Of a DNA stretch of 64,000 bases, positions 26,387-39,966 are shown piece by piece. The notes beneath the pieces are model-generated. The model did not search any database, was not told the DNA's origin, and saw only the letters and a list, made by a program, of their open reading frames with translations. How positions within the stretch are numbered: position 1 is the first letter of the stretch; each line of letters begins with the position of its first letter. The DNA comes from Felis catus (Eukaryota): contig NC_058369.1 of NCBI RefSeq assembly GCF_018350175.1, positions 19,966,001 to 20,030,000 of the forward strand, given 5' to 3'. The position numbers and the translations under genes were made by a program.

Positions 26387-27242
26387 TAAAAATCTTTCCT
26401 CTGTTTTTCTAAATGTATATAAAAGTATTTTAAATACTTTGAGATCATATCTGCAAAATTATCTTTAGGGTGTAAATTGCTTTTTATGATAAGAAAGGTA
26501 GAAAGGATGTGCTTCAGCTTTCTCTTGCTTTCCATGACACTGCTGCTTTTACATCCCTTAAGTGTTAGAAGCCAGAGACCTGAAATAATCAGAGACATTA
26601 AGAATAGTTAATATGAGGTGACTGAATGGAATATTTCCTTGATGTAAGAACTCAGGATCCCAGTGGTGAAAAATTAAATCTCTTATCAACTTAAGTATAT
26701 TCTATAATCAGATTCAATGGCATGGCTTTACCATTAAACTGTAAGCTATCATAGTTAAAGCCAACAGTGTATTACTACTGATCTCAACATGCAAAACTGA
26801 GGATTTTGTTTTTTGTACTTAGTACCAAAAATTATTTCTTCTTTAAAAATTCATGTTTTTCTATTAAGGATAATGTAAGGTATAATATATATATATATAT
26901 AATAGAAAAACTTGAGTTTTTATCTTTTAGTAGAAAAATAGATTTCTTCTTTATTCTTGCCTGCTGAAAAGTACCAATCTAAATTTTGATTCTTAATCAT
27001 GGTAATCGCTTTAGCCTATACAATTAGTATATTTGCTCCCACCTTTTTCATATAGGTTCTTATTTTTATTTTAGCAATCTTACTGCAACTTCTTTAACCT
27101 CTTCATATCTTTTCCTATGAATAGGTTATAAATTATAAAGAAAAGAAATCTGCATTTTGGATGTACACATAGTTTTATCTTAGATGAGTGGTGCTTTTAT
27201 GCACAAAAAGAGTCTACAGAATTAGTTTTTCTAGCATCTTCC

Positions 27243-27453
27243 TTTAAAAAAATTTTTTTAATGTTTATTTATTTTTGATGACAGAGCATGAGCAGGAGAG
27301 GGGCAGAAAGAGAAGGAGACACAGAATCCGAAGCAGGCTCCAGGCTCTGAGCTGTCAGCACAGAGCCCAATGCAGGGTTTGAACACAGGAACCGTGAGAC
27401 CATGACCTGAGCCACAGTTGGTTGCTTAACCAACTGAGTCACCTAAGTGCCCC
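27243..27453 (-). mobile_element. CanSINE
   Basis: reverse-complement SINE; degenerate TSD around ctagcat. Confidence 0.9.
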
Positions 27454-28030
27454 TATTTTGCTAGCATTTTCTAAAAGCAGTTCATCATCTAGTTGAAGAG
27501 AAAAAAAATATACTCCTTTCATTGTCTATAGAATACTTTTGCGAGATGCAGTGATTTATAACCCTTGTGCTGTAGTATAGGGTGGTCACAGAGCAGCTCT
27601 GACACCCTGATAAGAGTTATTGACTATCTCCTCAGAAAAAATTCATACATGAATACACACATACTGTTGTAAGCAGTTTTGGGGGCCACAATTCCCTAAC
27701 TCCATTTGACTCCAGGTTTAGAAAGTAAGAAAGGAGCTAACATTTACTGAATATAAATTATGTTTCATATTTGAACCCAAGATTTCTGGTTCTCTGGAGT
27801 TATTTTCACTGTTTCATACTAACTGCCAATCAATTGCCAATCACTATCTTTTATTCTTTCCTCCCCAAGTTATACCAGATCTTCTGAATATGGGGGTATT
27901 TTTAGGAGTAATACTCCTTGGTTAAACTTTCATCTAAAGTTTCTTAAGATATTGACTAATGTGTGGTAAAGTCTTTACTGTAACCAATGTCAGTATTAAT
28001 TAAATTGGAAATGAGATAAAAACTCAACTA

Positions 28031-28230
28031 GGGGCTCCCAGGTGGCTCAGTCAGTTAAGTGTCGACTTCGGCTCAGGTCATGATCTCATGGTTCATGGGT
28101 TCAAGCCCCACATCAGGCTCTGTGCTGACAGCCTATTTCGGATTCTGTGTCTCCCTCTCTCTCTCTGCCCCTCCCTGCTCATGCTGTATCCCTGTCTGCC
28201 TCTCAAAAATGAATAAACATTAAAAAAAAA
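28031..28230 (+). mobile_element. CanSINE
   Basis: TSD AACTCAACTA at 28021-28030 and 28451-28460. Confidence 0.92.
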
Positions 28231-28231
28231 A

Positions 28232-28439
28232 TTTTTAACTCTTATTCATTTTTTAGAGACAGAGACAGCTTGTGAGCGGATGAGGGGCAGAGAGAGAGGG
28301 AAACACAAAATCTGAAGCAGGCTCCAGGCTCCAAGCTGTCAGCACAGAGCCCGACGCGGGGCTCAAACTCACAAACTGTGAGATCATGACCTGAGCAAAG
28401 TCGGACGCTTAACCAACTGAGCCACCAAGGCGATCCCCC
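28232..28439 (-). mobile_element. CanSINE inserted in the tail of the preceding SINE
   Basis: reverse-complement SINE lying inside the TSD pair of the + copy. Confidence 0.92.
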
Positions 28440-28941
28440 AAAGTTTTTTTAACTCAACTAAAACATACATTCTTTGAGTTTGATATCTTTCAGAGGTGAT
28501 TTTTATGTGTTTGAATTACAAATCTACTTAGATCCTGAATGATTTTTTTCATGCTAATGAAAGTAAAGCATGACTAAGCCTTGAGCATACTTGTAGGATT
28601 GGTAGGATGAGAAAAATGAACATGACTTATCAATGATCTATAGAAAATACATTCTTAATTCAAACAATCTGTTAGAGACATGATATTGAATAAATTTATT
28701 TTTCCATTAGAAGGGGGAACTACTTGGGGATTAAAACTATCACAGTCTTAAAATCCCCAGCCTCATTTATTTACCTACTGGTGAGCACAATTAGCTGTTA
28801 CTGTATAAAGGCATGTCCCTGCTGGGGTAATGTCTCAACCTCTCTACACAAGGTTATGGCAAATAAGAACTTCTGGGCACATAAAAGGAGATGAATAATT
28901 GAAGGACATGGCATGCTGAGTGTGTTCTTTCTCTTTACTAG

Positions 28942-29026
28942 GCATTTGGGCCTGGACTTGGTGCCTCGAAAGGACTTTGAAGTAGTGGATTCAGACCAGA
29001 TTAGTGTCTCAGATCTCTATAAAATG
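28942..29026 (+). CDS. DOCK3: DOCK3 internal coding exon (~exon 7), 85 nt, phase 2->0
   Basis: ttctttctctttactAG acceptor, GTAAGA donor at 29027; GA+G completes Glu, then HLGLDLVPRKDFEVVDSDQISVSDLYKM. Confidence 0.96.
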
Positions 29027-30074
29027 GTAAGAAATCTAACACAGGGTAAGCTTGTTCCTACACACTTCATTATTTCTTCTTTGTTTGTTATTCCTAATTA
29101 CACTATGAAACAGTATTGCTAAAATTGTTCCTTTGTCTTTGTCCCAGTGTATGTAAGGGATCTGCCTTATTCTGACACTACATATCACCATTGCTTTCTA
29201 AATGGAAATACTGTGCAAGGCTGTATTGTAATATCCAGGGATCATTTATCTGTTGGTTTTGCTAGTGAATGGAGTTCCTTCACCCTGCATCCAAAATTCT
29301 GTCTCTCACCACCTCTTAAGAAGGGAAGGTAGTTGAAGCTGTAAAGATCCAGTTTATTGGTTAATGTAGTGATTGAACCTGGAAGTAATTTAAAATATAG
29401 TAAGAGACAGACGTGATACATCTTTAGCTGTCTATTGGCTGTTACTAAAATGTATTGAGTTAATTGATGATGAAGATTACATTTTACAGCCTGAATGAGA
29501 AGTAACTAAAGGTAAAAAATTTTAAGGTAAAACAAATAAAGATCAGAAGCCTCAGGTGACTATTAAGCTTAAACTAAGGGACTGGGTAAAATATTGCTTT
29601 GTGGAGTTATGTATTTGAGTGTTTATTGAAAGAATTACAAGTTTCTATTTAAGGAAAATGTAATTTTTTAGGTAACTTTGAGGATACAAAGTATGTTGCC
29701 TGGTCAAGGACCTTTGGAAATTTGCCTAAGTAACACACAAGTAACATATCAATTGCTAATGTATATTTGCTAGTATAGGAAAGCATTTGTGTATAGTTGC
29801 CCTAACTATGCTCTGTTCAGTATGATGCTGTAAAGCATGAGATTTAGAGATTAAAGATGAACAAGACTTATCCCATCCCTCGAGAATATCACCATCTGGA
29901 GTATCGATGTTCTTTACCCTTTCTGGGTCATGGAGATCAGAGAGAATTTCTTCCCAGGACAATGCAAGTATGGTTTTGCATACAAAGTTTTACCCTCAAT
30001 TTTAAGTAATTGACAGTTACTTCTGATGTTTTCCCATGAAGTCCATACATGGCCCCCAGGTTGAGAAACTAGTC

Positions 30075-31320
30075 TAGTGGGATCAAATAGACCACAAACA
30101 AACAATTGCCGTATATGTGCTGTATGCCATAAATGTATTAAGATGTTGTTAGAGGGAGTGACTGATTATCTGGGGCTGGGAAAAATCAGTGAAAACTTCC
30201 AGAAACAGTAATACTTACTGTAAACCTTGAGGGGTAGACAGGGGATCACCCAGAAGACAAACAAGAAGGAGAGACATTCCAAAATGGAATAGAGAAGTGG
30301 TAGTTCCAGGAAACTATCAGATATTTGGTAAGTTTGGCACGTAAGTATGTGTTAATAATTGGGAGGTAAGTCACAGAAGGAGGCAAGGGTCAGATCATGA
30401 AGAGTTTTATAAGCCCCATGTTACACTTTGTCCAGTAGTCTGGTATAGCTATGGGAGTAACATGATCGGATATGGGTTTCAAATGCTGACTCTGTCTATA
30501 GAGAATGTAAAATGCAGAAGACTGGAATCAGGAAGGAAAGAGACCACAGAAGTGATTCAGGCAATAAATAATGACTAGACAGCAATAAGAATGAAGAAGA
30601 AATGCAGTAGAGAATGTAGATGTTAGTAAATAAAAATGATGAATTTTGATCAATTAGATGTGGAAAGTGAAGGGTGATTGAGAGTTTGAGGCTAAGACCT
30701 CCCCTCAGAATGGTGGCTTAGAGGATGCTATTTTTGATGAGGATTTTGCATTTTATTCTAAGTGTGACAGAAAGCCTATGAAGGTATTTGACCAGAGGAA
30801 TCACATAATCTGGCTTACATTTTAAAAGGATCCCTCCAGCTGATGTGTGCAGAAGGACCAGAGTGGGGCAAGAATGGAATTAGGGAGCAGTCATTCAAGC
30901 AAAATATTTTAATTTTTGGTATTTGGGCCAGAGTTGGAGCAACGAAAGTAGTAAGAAATTGTTGGATTCTGAATGTGTGTTGGAGACAAATCCATTCAGA
31001 GTTGGTGATAGATTGATTTGGTATATGTGTGTACAAAAAAGAGGAAGGTCAGAGAAGAATGACTCCTATGTTTTGATCTTCCCAACTTTGACCTTGTAAA
31101 AGTGGAATAGGAAATACTGTGGGAGAGGCAGGTTTTAGAGTATAGCAGTGGGAATCAATACATTGGTCTGGTTTTTCTTTTCAAGTTTGAGATGACTTTT
31201 AGACTGTCAAACTGAGATGTTGAAAGTCTGGTGTTCAGAAGTGAAGCTCAGATATAACAACTTCAGAGTCATCAGAATATTATGTGGTATTACCATTTAA
31301 AGATGTTGGATGAGATTACC
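30075..31320 (-). mobile_element. Degenerate L2 fragments
   Basis: purine-rich, gggtcagatcatgaagag and aagtttgagatg motifs typical of antisense L2. Confidence 0.55.
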
Positions 31321-33995
31321 ATTACCTTCCACAAACCTTCATACAGTGAAACCCAGTATTCAGCAGATCCTACACAGCACTTCTGGACAGCCAGACATCA
31401 ATAAACATTGGAGGAAACCTCCCACATAAAAGTCAGAGACAGAACAAATACATGTGAAAGGAAATTGGAAGAAACAGACAAGTCAATAGAAGAAAATGGT
31501 GGTTACTGTCTGCAAAGAGAAATCCAGAAACAGCCAAGAAACAGAGTGGAACAATCTAAGAAGCAATTGAAGGAGTTCTAGAAAATTACAAATGAGTTAA
31601 CTGGGATAAACTTGATAAAAATATTAGAAAACAGGATGACACCAATAAAAAATTAGCAATAAGAGAGAAATGTTAGGAAAGTTAGAGGTTTGATCCAAGA
31701 GGTCCAGTATCCAGATAATGGAGTTAAAGAAGAAAGAACAGAGATAAATAAAATTACTGAAGAAATCATATTAAAAATTTTTCCAGGGTAGTGATATCAC
31801 CAAGATGGTGGAGTAGAAGATTCCATCCCCTGTCCTACCATGAAGATCAACATTTAGACAGGCACAAATGAAAGATAGCTCTGGGAGAGCTTAGAAGAAA
31901 ACCATCACTTAAGAAGCTTCAGCAACACAGTGGAGCAAAAAAACCTCAGAATAACCAGACAAAAAGCATAGGAAGAACACTTTCATTTTGCTGCATCATT
32001 CCATGCCCCAGGCTGGCACTACTCAGCACCAAGAAGGAACTCCCTAGCCTAAAAGGATTCCCCTCTCCAGGAAAAGAAGAGGATAGGCAACCAGCCTTCC
32101 CAGCCCTTCAGGCACTGTATGAAGGATCCTCTTCAATTTTACCCCATCAAGAGACTGGCAAAGCTGAGACATCTAGAGATAGGTAGGAACAAGGAAAAGG
32201 ACAGGGGCTACCCATATTTGCCATGCGGCAAGAGTGACCATGGTTCCCACTGGCCTGCTGGGTATAGGATCCCAGCATCCTTCACTTCCGAGGACTTGAA
32301 CAACCCTTATAGATGCTGCAAACCCCCTCAGCTTTCATCACTGAGGTCCTCGTCATGGGCCCTAGGAGACTGCTGCACCTCAGCATCTTTCACCTTTGAA
32401 GAAACCAGTGGCCAGCAAAGCTGCCACAGAACCCCTGCAAATTTTCTCACCCCACCCTGCAGGTATTTGCATTCACAGATGCCAGCCCCCTAAGCACCTC
32501 CTGCTCCCTCCCCACCCCTCTCTGGGGCATTAAATATGCAGCAGCTAGCCTAGACCCTGTGGCTGTGCACATGTAACATGCAAGCCTAGATTCCCATGGC
32601 TGACCTCTGTGGTTGTGCATATGTTCATATGTAGCCCCTGCTGCTGCGTACCTGCTGACCTGACTTCTGTGATTGACAGAGTGTATGCCAATAACCAAGT
32701 TCCCCACAGCTGCTTATGGGCCCAGATCTGCCCTTGACAGTTGTCCGTGGCCTTCATTGCTGGGCACACCTAAAGCTAACCCCTGAAGCTATGCACCTGC
32801 ATACTGCCAGGCCAGTCTCTGTCCCAGTCTCCACTGCCTCCTACAGCTATGTGAATGCATGCCAGTAACCAGAGCCCCTGCAGTTGCTAGTGCATGTGCA
32901 GTTGGCATCTGCCTCTTGTGCTGGTCCCATTAACTGTGTGTCTTGCAGCTTTCCCCTGACACTTTGCAGGTAGCTTGAAGCTGAAGGTATACCTACTACT
33001 AGCTCTGACCACCACTGCTGCCTGCCCAGGTTCCTAGACACTGGACTTGGAAGAGCCACTGAGGACCCCACCAACCATTGCAGACACTGTAGACCCTCTG
33101 CACCTCTCTACGAAATCCCATGGTTGTCGCTATTGTTGACCCATGTGGCCTAAGCCTGTGAGACACACACTCCTGGCCCCAGAATTGCCATATGCCCTAC
33201 ACTTGGCATCCTGCACCACTAGACCCAGAGTCATAGCATTCTCTATCATCCCCCTACCTATCAGTGAAGATCTTTCCTCACTGAACTCATTCAGTATAGT
33301 CTTGAAATGGTGACTGCTCTTCACATACACAGATAAATATTCAAGAGTACAGGAATCACAAAGAATCAGGGAAATGTGACATAAGCAAAGGAACACAGTA
33401 AACTTTCAGTGACCCCAAAGAAATGGAGATATACAAATTGCTGACAGATAATTCAAAATAATTGTTCTAAGATGCTCAGAGGGCTTGTAGCTCTCACAAA
33501 AAAAAAAAAAAAAATTCAACAAAACTGGGTAAATAATACAAGAACAAAATGAAAAGTTCAACAAAAAGAAAATATAAAAAACAATGAAATAAATTTTGGA
33601 GCTGAAGGATACAAAGACTGAAGAATCAATAGAAAGCTTCAATATCAGAATGGACTCCTACAACTATATGGTCAATGAATCTTCAACAAAGCAGGAAAGA
33701 CTATTCAATGGAAAAAAACAAGACAGTCTTTTCAACAAATAGTGTTGGGAAAACTGGACAGAAACATGCAGAAGGATGAAACTGGAACACTTTCTTACAA
33801 CAGACACAAAAATAAATTCAAAATGAAGGACCTAAACAGGAGACAGGAAACCATCAAAATGCTAGATAACACAGGCAACAACCTCTTCAACCTTGGCCGG
33901 AGTAACTTCTCACTAAGAGTAACATCTCACGAAAGGCCAGGGAAACAAAAGCAAACATGACCTATTGGGTCTTTTCTTAAAATGTATTACTTTAA

Positions 33996-34290
33996 ATTTT
34001 TTTTATATAATTTTATTTTTTTAAATTTACATCCAAATTAGTTAGCACATAGTGCAACAATGATTTCAGGAGTAGATTCCTTAGTGCCCCTTACCCATTT
34101 AGCCCATCCCCCCTCCCACACCCCCTCCAGTAACCCTCAGTTTATTCTCCATATTCATGAGTCTTTTCTGTTTTGTCCCCCTCCTTGTTTTTATATTATT
34201 TTTGTTTCCCTTCCCTTACGTTAATCTGTTTTGTCTCTTAAAGTCCTCATATAAGTGAAGTCATATATTTGTCTTTCTCTGACTAATTTC
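33996..34290 (-). mobile_element. Short L1 3' fragment at the tail of a SINE
   Basis: same subfamily end as 13336-13497 and 22240-22520. Confidence 0.85.
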
Positions 34291-34294
34291 ATTA

Positions 34295-34506
34295 TTTTTT
34301 AGTTTTTTTAACGTTTATTAATTTTTGAGAGAGAGAGAGAGAGCATGAGCAGGGAAGGGGCAGAGAGAGGGAGACATAGAATCCGAAGCAGGCTCCGGGC
34401 TCTGAGCTGTCAGTATAGAGCCTGACAGAGCTCTAACTCATGAACTGTGATATCATTACCTGAGCTGAAGTTGGATGCTTAATCGACTGAGCCACCCAGG
34501 CACCCC
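34295..34506 (-). mobile_element. CanSINE
   Basis: reverse-complement SINE ending ccaggcacccc. Confidence 0.92.
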
Positions 34507-35666
34507 AAACTATTAATCAAGATAAAAAGCTTCTGCACAGTGAAGGAATGATCAACAAAACTGAAAGGCAGCCTGCAGAATGGGAGAAGATATTTGCAAA
34601 CAACATATGTGATAAAAGGTTAGTATCCAAAGTCTGTAAAGAACTTATCCAACTCAACATCCAAAAAAAAAAAATAATAATAATAATGCAGTGAAGAAAC
34701 GGCAGAAGACATGCATAGATACTTTCCAAAGAAGACATCAGATGGCTAACAGACACATAAAAAGATACTTAACATCACATCATCAGGGAAATACAAATCA
34801 AAAGCATGATGAGATACCAGCTCACACCTGTCAAAATGGCTAAAATTAACAACACAAGAAACAAAAGGTGTTGGTGAGGATGCAGAGAAAGGGGAACCCT
34901 CTTGCACTTGTGGTGGGTTGCAAACTTGTGTAGGCACTCTGGAAAACAATATGGAAGTTCCTCAAGAAACTAAAAATAGAACTACCCTATAATCCAGCAA
35001 TTACACTATTAGGAATTTACCCAAAGAATACAAAAATATAGATTCAAAGGGGGTACATGCACTCCAGTGTTTATAGCAGCTCTGTCAACAATAGCGAAAT
35101 TATGGAAAGAGCTCAAATATCCATCAACTGATGAATGGATAAAAAGATGTGGTACATATATACAAGGGAATACTGCTTGGTGATGAAGAAGAATGAAACC
35201 TCTCCATTTGCAACAACATGGATGGAACTAGAATGTATTATGCTAAGCAAAACAAGCCAGTCAGAGAAAGACAGATACCATGACTTCACTCATGGTATTT
35301 AAGAAACAAAATAGATGAACATAGGAGAAAGGAAAGAAAAATGAGATAAAAACAGAGAGGGAGGCAAACCATAAAAGACTTAACTACAGAGAACAAACTG
35401 AGGGTTACTGGAGGGGAAGTGGGTAGGGGATGGGCTAAATGGGTGTTAAGGGCACTTGTTGGGAAGAGCAGCGGGTGTTCTATGTAAGTGATGAATCACT
35501 GGGTTCTACTCCTGAAACCAGTACTACACTGTATGGTAACTAACTTGAATTTAAATAAATAAATGTAAATATTTTTTAAATGCCAATGGGATTTTTTAGA
35601 AATGAAATTCTAAATTTCATATGGAACCACAATAGACCCTGGAGGCATCACACTTCCTGATTTCTC

Positions 35667-35885
35667 TTTTTTTTTTAATTTTTTAATGTTTATTCATTTT
35701 TGAAAGACAGAGAGACAGAGCACAAGCAAGGGTGGGGCAGAGAGAGAGGGGGGCACAGAATCTGAAGCAGGCTTCAGGCTCTGAGCTGTCAGCAGAGCCC
35801 AACGCAGGGCTCAAACTCACGAACTGCAAGATCATGACCTGAGCCAAAGTTGGATGCTCAACCAACTGAGCCACCCAGGCTCTCC
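35667..35885 (-). mobile_element. CanSINE inside L1
   Basis: TSD ctgatttc. Confidence 0.92.
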
Positions 35886-36593
35886 TCTGATTTCAGACTA
35901 CATTATAAATTTATAGTAATCAAAACAGTATGGTACTGGCTTGATGAACAGACCAATGGAGCAGAATTGAGACCCCAGAAATAAACCCACACGTATATGG
36001 TCAACTAATGTTTGCAAGGGAGCCAATAATATTCAATGAGGGAAGGATAGTCTCTTCAGTAAATGTTGGCAAGACTGGATATTCAAATGCAGAAGAATGA
36101 AAATTGTACTTCTATCTTACACTGCTCACAAAAATTAACTCTAAGGACTTAAATGTTAGACCTGAAACTGTAATCTCCTAGAAGAAAACATAAAGCAAAG
36201 CTGCTTGACATTGCTGTTGCCAGTGGTTTTTGAATATGACACCAAAAGCACAATAGCAAAAGCAAAAATTAACAAGTGGGACAACATTAAAATAAAACAG
36301 TTTCTGTGCAGCAAAAGAAACAATTAACAAAATGAAAAGTCAGCCTACAGAAGAGGAGAAAATATTCACAAACCATAAAGGGTTAATATCCAAACTATGT
36401 AAGGAACTCCTAAAGCTCAAGAGAAAAAAACAGTCTGATTTTTTAAATGGGCAGAGGATCTGACTTTTTTCCAAAGAAGACACAAAAATACATGAAAAGA
36501 TGTTCAGTATCATTAACCGTTAGGGAAGCACAAATCAAAACCACAATGAAATATTACCTCACATCTGTTAGAATGCCTGTCATCAAAAAGACA

Positions 36594-36835
36594 GGAGGTA
36601 CTAACTTCCAGTTATAAAATAAATAATTCACCGAATTGAAAGTAAAGCCTAGGGAATATAGTCAGTAATAACATAATGACATTGAATGGTGACAGATGGT
36701 GACTACACTTAACTGTAGTGAGCATTGAGTAATGTATCGTATTGTTGAATCAGTGTTGTACACCTGAAACTGATATAACACTGTATGTTGATTATATTTT
36801 AATAATAAAAAATAAAAGAGAAAAAGAATTTTTTA
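36594..36835 (+). mobile_element. Short L1 3' end of a different (mid-age) subfamily nested in L1
   Basis: aacttccagttataaaataaataa...gttgtacacctgaaact end with A-rich tail; host L1 resumes afterwards; aaaaga TSD core. Confidence 0.75.
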
Positions 36836-38292
36836 AAAGATGAGATAAATAGTGGCAAGGATATGTAGCAAAGAGAACTCTCGTGCACTATTGTTGGAAA
36901 TATAAATTTGTACAGTCACTGTGAAAAGCAGAATGGAGATTCCTCAAAAAATAGAAAATAGAACTGTATGATCCAGCAATTCCACTTTTGGGTATATATC
37001 CAAAGAAATTGGAATTCAGATCTCAGAGGATAGCTGTACTTCCTTGTTCATTGAAGCACTATTCACAGTAGCCAAGACATAGAAACACTTAAGTGTCCAT
37101 TGATGGATGAATGGAGAAATAAAATACAGTATATATGCAATAAAATATTAATCACCCATAATAAAGAAGGAAATCCTACCATTTATAGCAAAATTGATGA
37201 ACCCTGAGAGCATTATACTAAGTGAAATAAATCAGAGAATGACAAATAATACGTTATGATCTCATTTATATGTGGAATTTTAAAAAGCTGAAATAATAGA
37301 AACAAAGAGTAGATTGTTGGTTGCCAGGGGTGGGGAGTAGGGGAAATGAGATATTAGTCAAAGGGTACAAACTTTCAGTTATAAGAGGATTAAATTCAGG
37401 GTATCTAATGTAACACATGGTGACAGTCGTTCACTATAGTGTATTGTGTACTTGAAGGTTGTTAAAAGAGTAGATCTTAAATGTTCTCACCATACCAACA
37501 ACAACAAAAAAAGGTAATTATGTTAGGTAAAAGACGTGTTAACTAACCTTATTTTGGTACTTATTTTGCAATATTATATGTGTATCAAATCATCATGTTG
37601 TGCACCTTAGACTTATATAATATGTTAATCATATCTCAGTAAAGCTGGCAAAAAAAAAAAAAAAAACCTTTTCCAGAGCATAGATATGAGTCTCCAGATT
37701 GAAAAGTCCTAATAAGTATTTAGCACTTAATTGTGAAATTGTAGCTCACTAAAGTTGAAACCTTCCAGTGAGAAAAATAGGTCACCTACTAAGGATTTGT
37801 CCTAAGAATAGCATTTGTCTTCCTAATAGCAACGCTGAAAACTAGAAAATAACGAAACACTGCCTTTAAAATTCTGAGGGAAAATAAAATTTGTCTTAGA
37901 ATTCTGCATTTACTCTGCTATATTATCAATCAAATGGGAAAGTTGCCCAAAGAAAATTTTGGTCACTCAAAGTATAAAAACAAATGAATAAAAAGTCTCT
38001 AACTCTTTTTTAGGAAACTACGAAACAATAAATTACTTGTTTAAAATAAGGGAGTAAACGAAAAGATGCTATTAGCATCTTTTGCTATACAGCATCCTGT
38101 GCCATACAGGAAAGGGAATGAAAGGAGAAGTGCAGAGAATTCTCAGGTTACCATCAGAGGAACATTCCAGGATGACAGTTGTGCAATAGGCCTAGACAGT
38201 AACTGGTCTAGATGAAAGCAGAGGGGCAGTCAGGAGGAAATGTCTCCAGGAGAAAAATGACTTCACAGAGTATTTGGTAGTTTTATCCATAA

Positions 38293-39883
38293 CAGTCTAC
38301 ATATTTAATGCAATCCCTATCAAAATACCATCAGCATTTTTCAGAGAGCTAGAGAAAACAATCCTAAGATCTGTATGGAACCACAAAAGACCCTGAATAG
38401 TCAAAGCAATCCTGAAAAAGAAAAACAAAGCTGGAGATACCATGATTCTGGATTTGAAACTATATTATAAAGCTGTAGTCATCAAGATAGTATGGGACTG
38501 GCACAAACACAGTCAATGGAACAGAATAAAATACCCAGAAATGGACCCACAACTATATAGTCAACTAATCTTCAACAAAACATGAAAGAATATCCAATGG
38601 AAGAAAGACAGTCTCTTCAACAGTTGGGAAAACTGGACAGCAACATTCAGAAGAATGATGCTAGACCACTAGCTTAGACCATACACAAAAATAAGTTCAA
38701 AATAGATGAAAGACCTAAATGTGAGATAGGAAACCATCAAAATCCTAGGGGAGAAAAAAGGCAGCAACCTGTTTGACCTCAGCCAGAGCAGCTTCTTTCT
38801 AGACACTTCGCCAAAGGCCAGGGAAACAAAAGCAAACATAAACAATTGAGACTTATGATAAAAAGCTTCTGCCAGTAAAGGAAACAATAAACAAAACTAA
38901 AAGGCATCCTACATAATGGTAGAAGGTATTTGCAAATGACATATCTGATAGAGGGTTAGAATCCAAAATCTATAAAGAACTTAGCAAACTCAACTCCCAA
39001 AATACAAATAATCCAGTGAAGAAATGGACAGAAGACATGAATAGACACTTTTCCAAAGAAGACATCCATATGGCTAACAGACACATGAAAAGATGCTCAA
39101 CATCACTCATCAACAGGGAAATACAAGTCAAAACCACAATGAAATACCACCTCACACCTGTAAAAACAGCTAAAATGAGCAGCACAGGAAACAACAGGTG
39201 TTGGTGATATTGTGGAGAGAGGGGAACCCTTTTGCACTGTTGGTGGGAATGCAAACTGGTGCGGCCACTCTGGAAAACAGTATGGAGGTCTCAAAAAATT
39301 AAAAATAGAACTATCCTGTGATCCAGCATTTGCAGTACTGGGTATTTATCCAAAGGATATAGGTGTACTGTTTTGAAGGGGCACATGTACCCCAATCTTT
39401 ATAGCAGTGCTATCAACAATAGCCAAGTTATGGAAAGAGCCCACATGGAGTGTCCATTGACTGATGAATGGATGAAAAGATGTGGCATATATTGAATACT
39501 ACTTGTGATGAAAAATAATGAAATCTTGTCATTTGCCACAACTAGAGGGTATTAGGTTAAGCAAAATAAGTCAGAGAAAGCTATTAAATGGCTTCATTCA
39601 TATGTGGAATTTGAGAAACACAACAGAACACAGGGGAACAGAAGGAAAAATAAGATAAAAACAGAAGGAGGTAAGCTATAAGAGACTCTTAAAGACAGAC
39701 AGCAAACTGAGGGTTGCTAGAGGGGAGGTGGGTGGGAGATGTGTTAAATGGGTGATGGGCCTTAAGGAGGGCATTTTTGGGGACAAACGTTGGGTGTCAT
39801 ATATAAGAGATGAATCACTGGGTTCTACTCTTGAAGCTGAGACTATACTGTGTATTAACTAACTTGAATTTAAATTAAAAAAA
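38293..39883 (+). mobile_element. 5'-truncated carnivore L1
   Basis: ORF2 C-terminal fragments, 3'UTR, A tail. Confidence 0.9.
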
Positions 39884-39966
39884 GCACACAATGAGATACG
39901 ACCAAACTCTCTCACTTTGGAGAGAGCCCAAATATCCATCAACTGATGAATGATAAAGAAGATGTG

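Larger units (their letters stand above)
33646..35580 (+). mobile_element. 5'-truncated carnivore L1 nested in the older L1
   Basis: ORF2 C-terminal sequence and own 3'UTR ending ttgaatttaaataaataaa. Confidence 0.85.
31791..37666 (+). mobile_element. Older L1 (L1MA-type 3' end) with 5'UTR, ORF1 start and ORF2 3' part, internally deleted and carrying nested insertions
   Basis: caagatggtggagtag start at ~31801; ORF1 start region ~33370-33645; ORF2/3'UTR 35581-37650; A17 tail; degenerate TSD aaaa..ttttccag.g.a. Confidence 0.75.

Noticed and set aside
27585..27725. Possible hAT-type MITE relics (also ~29915-30070)
   Set aside because: The resemblance is from memory only; terminal inverted repeats and TSDs could not be verified.
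28913..29122. 69-aa ORF as a standalone gene
   Set aside because: It is the DOCK3 exon frame extended into flanking intron.
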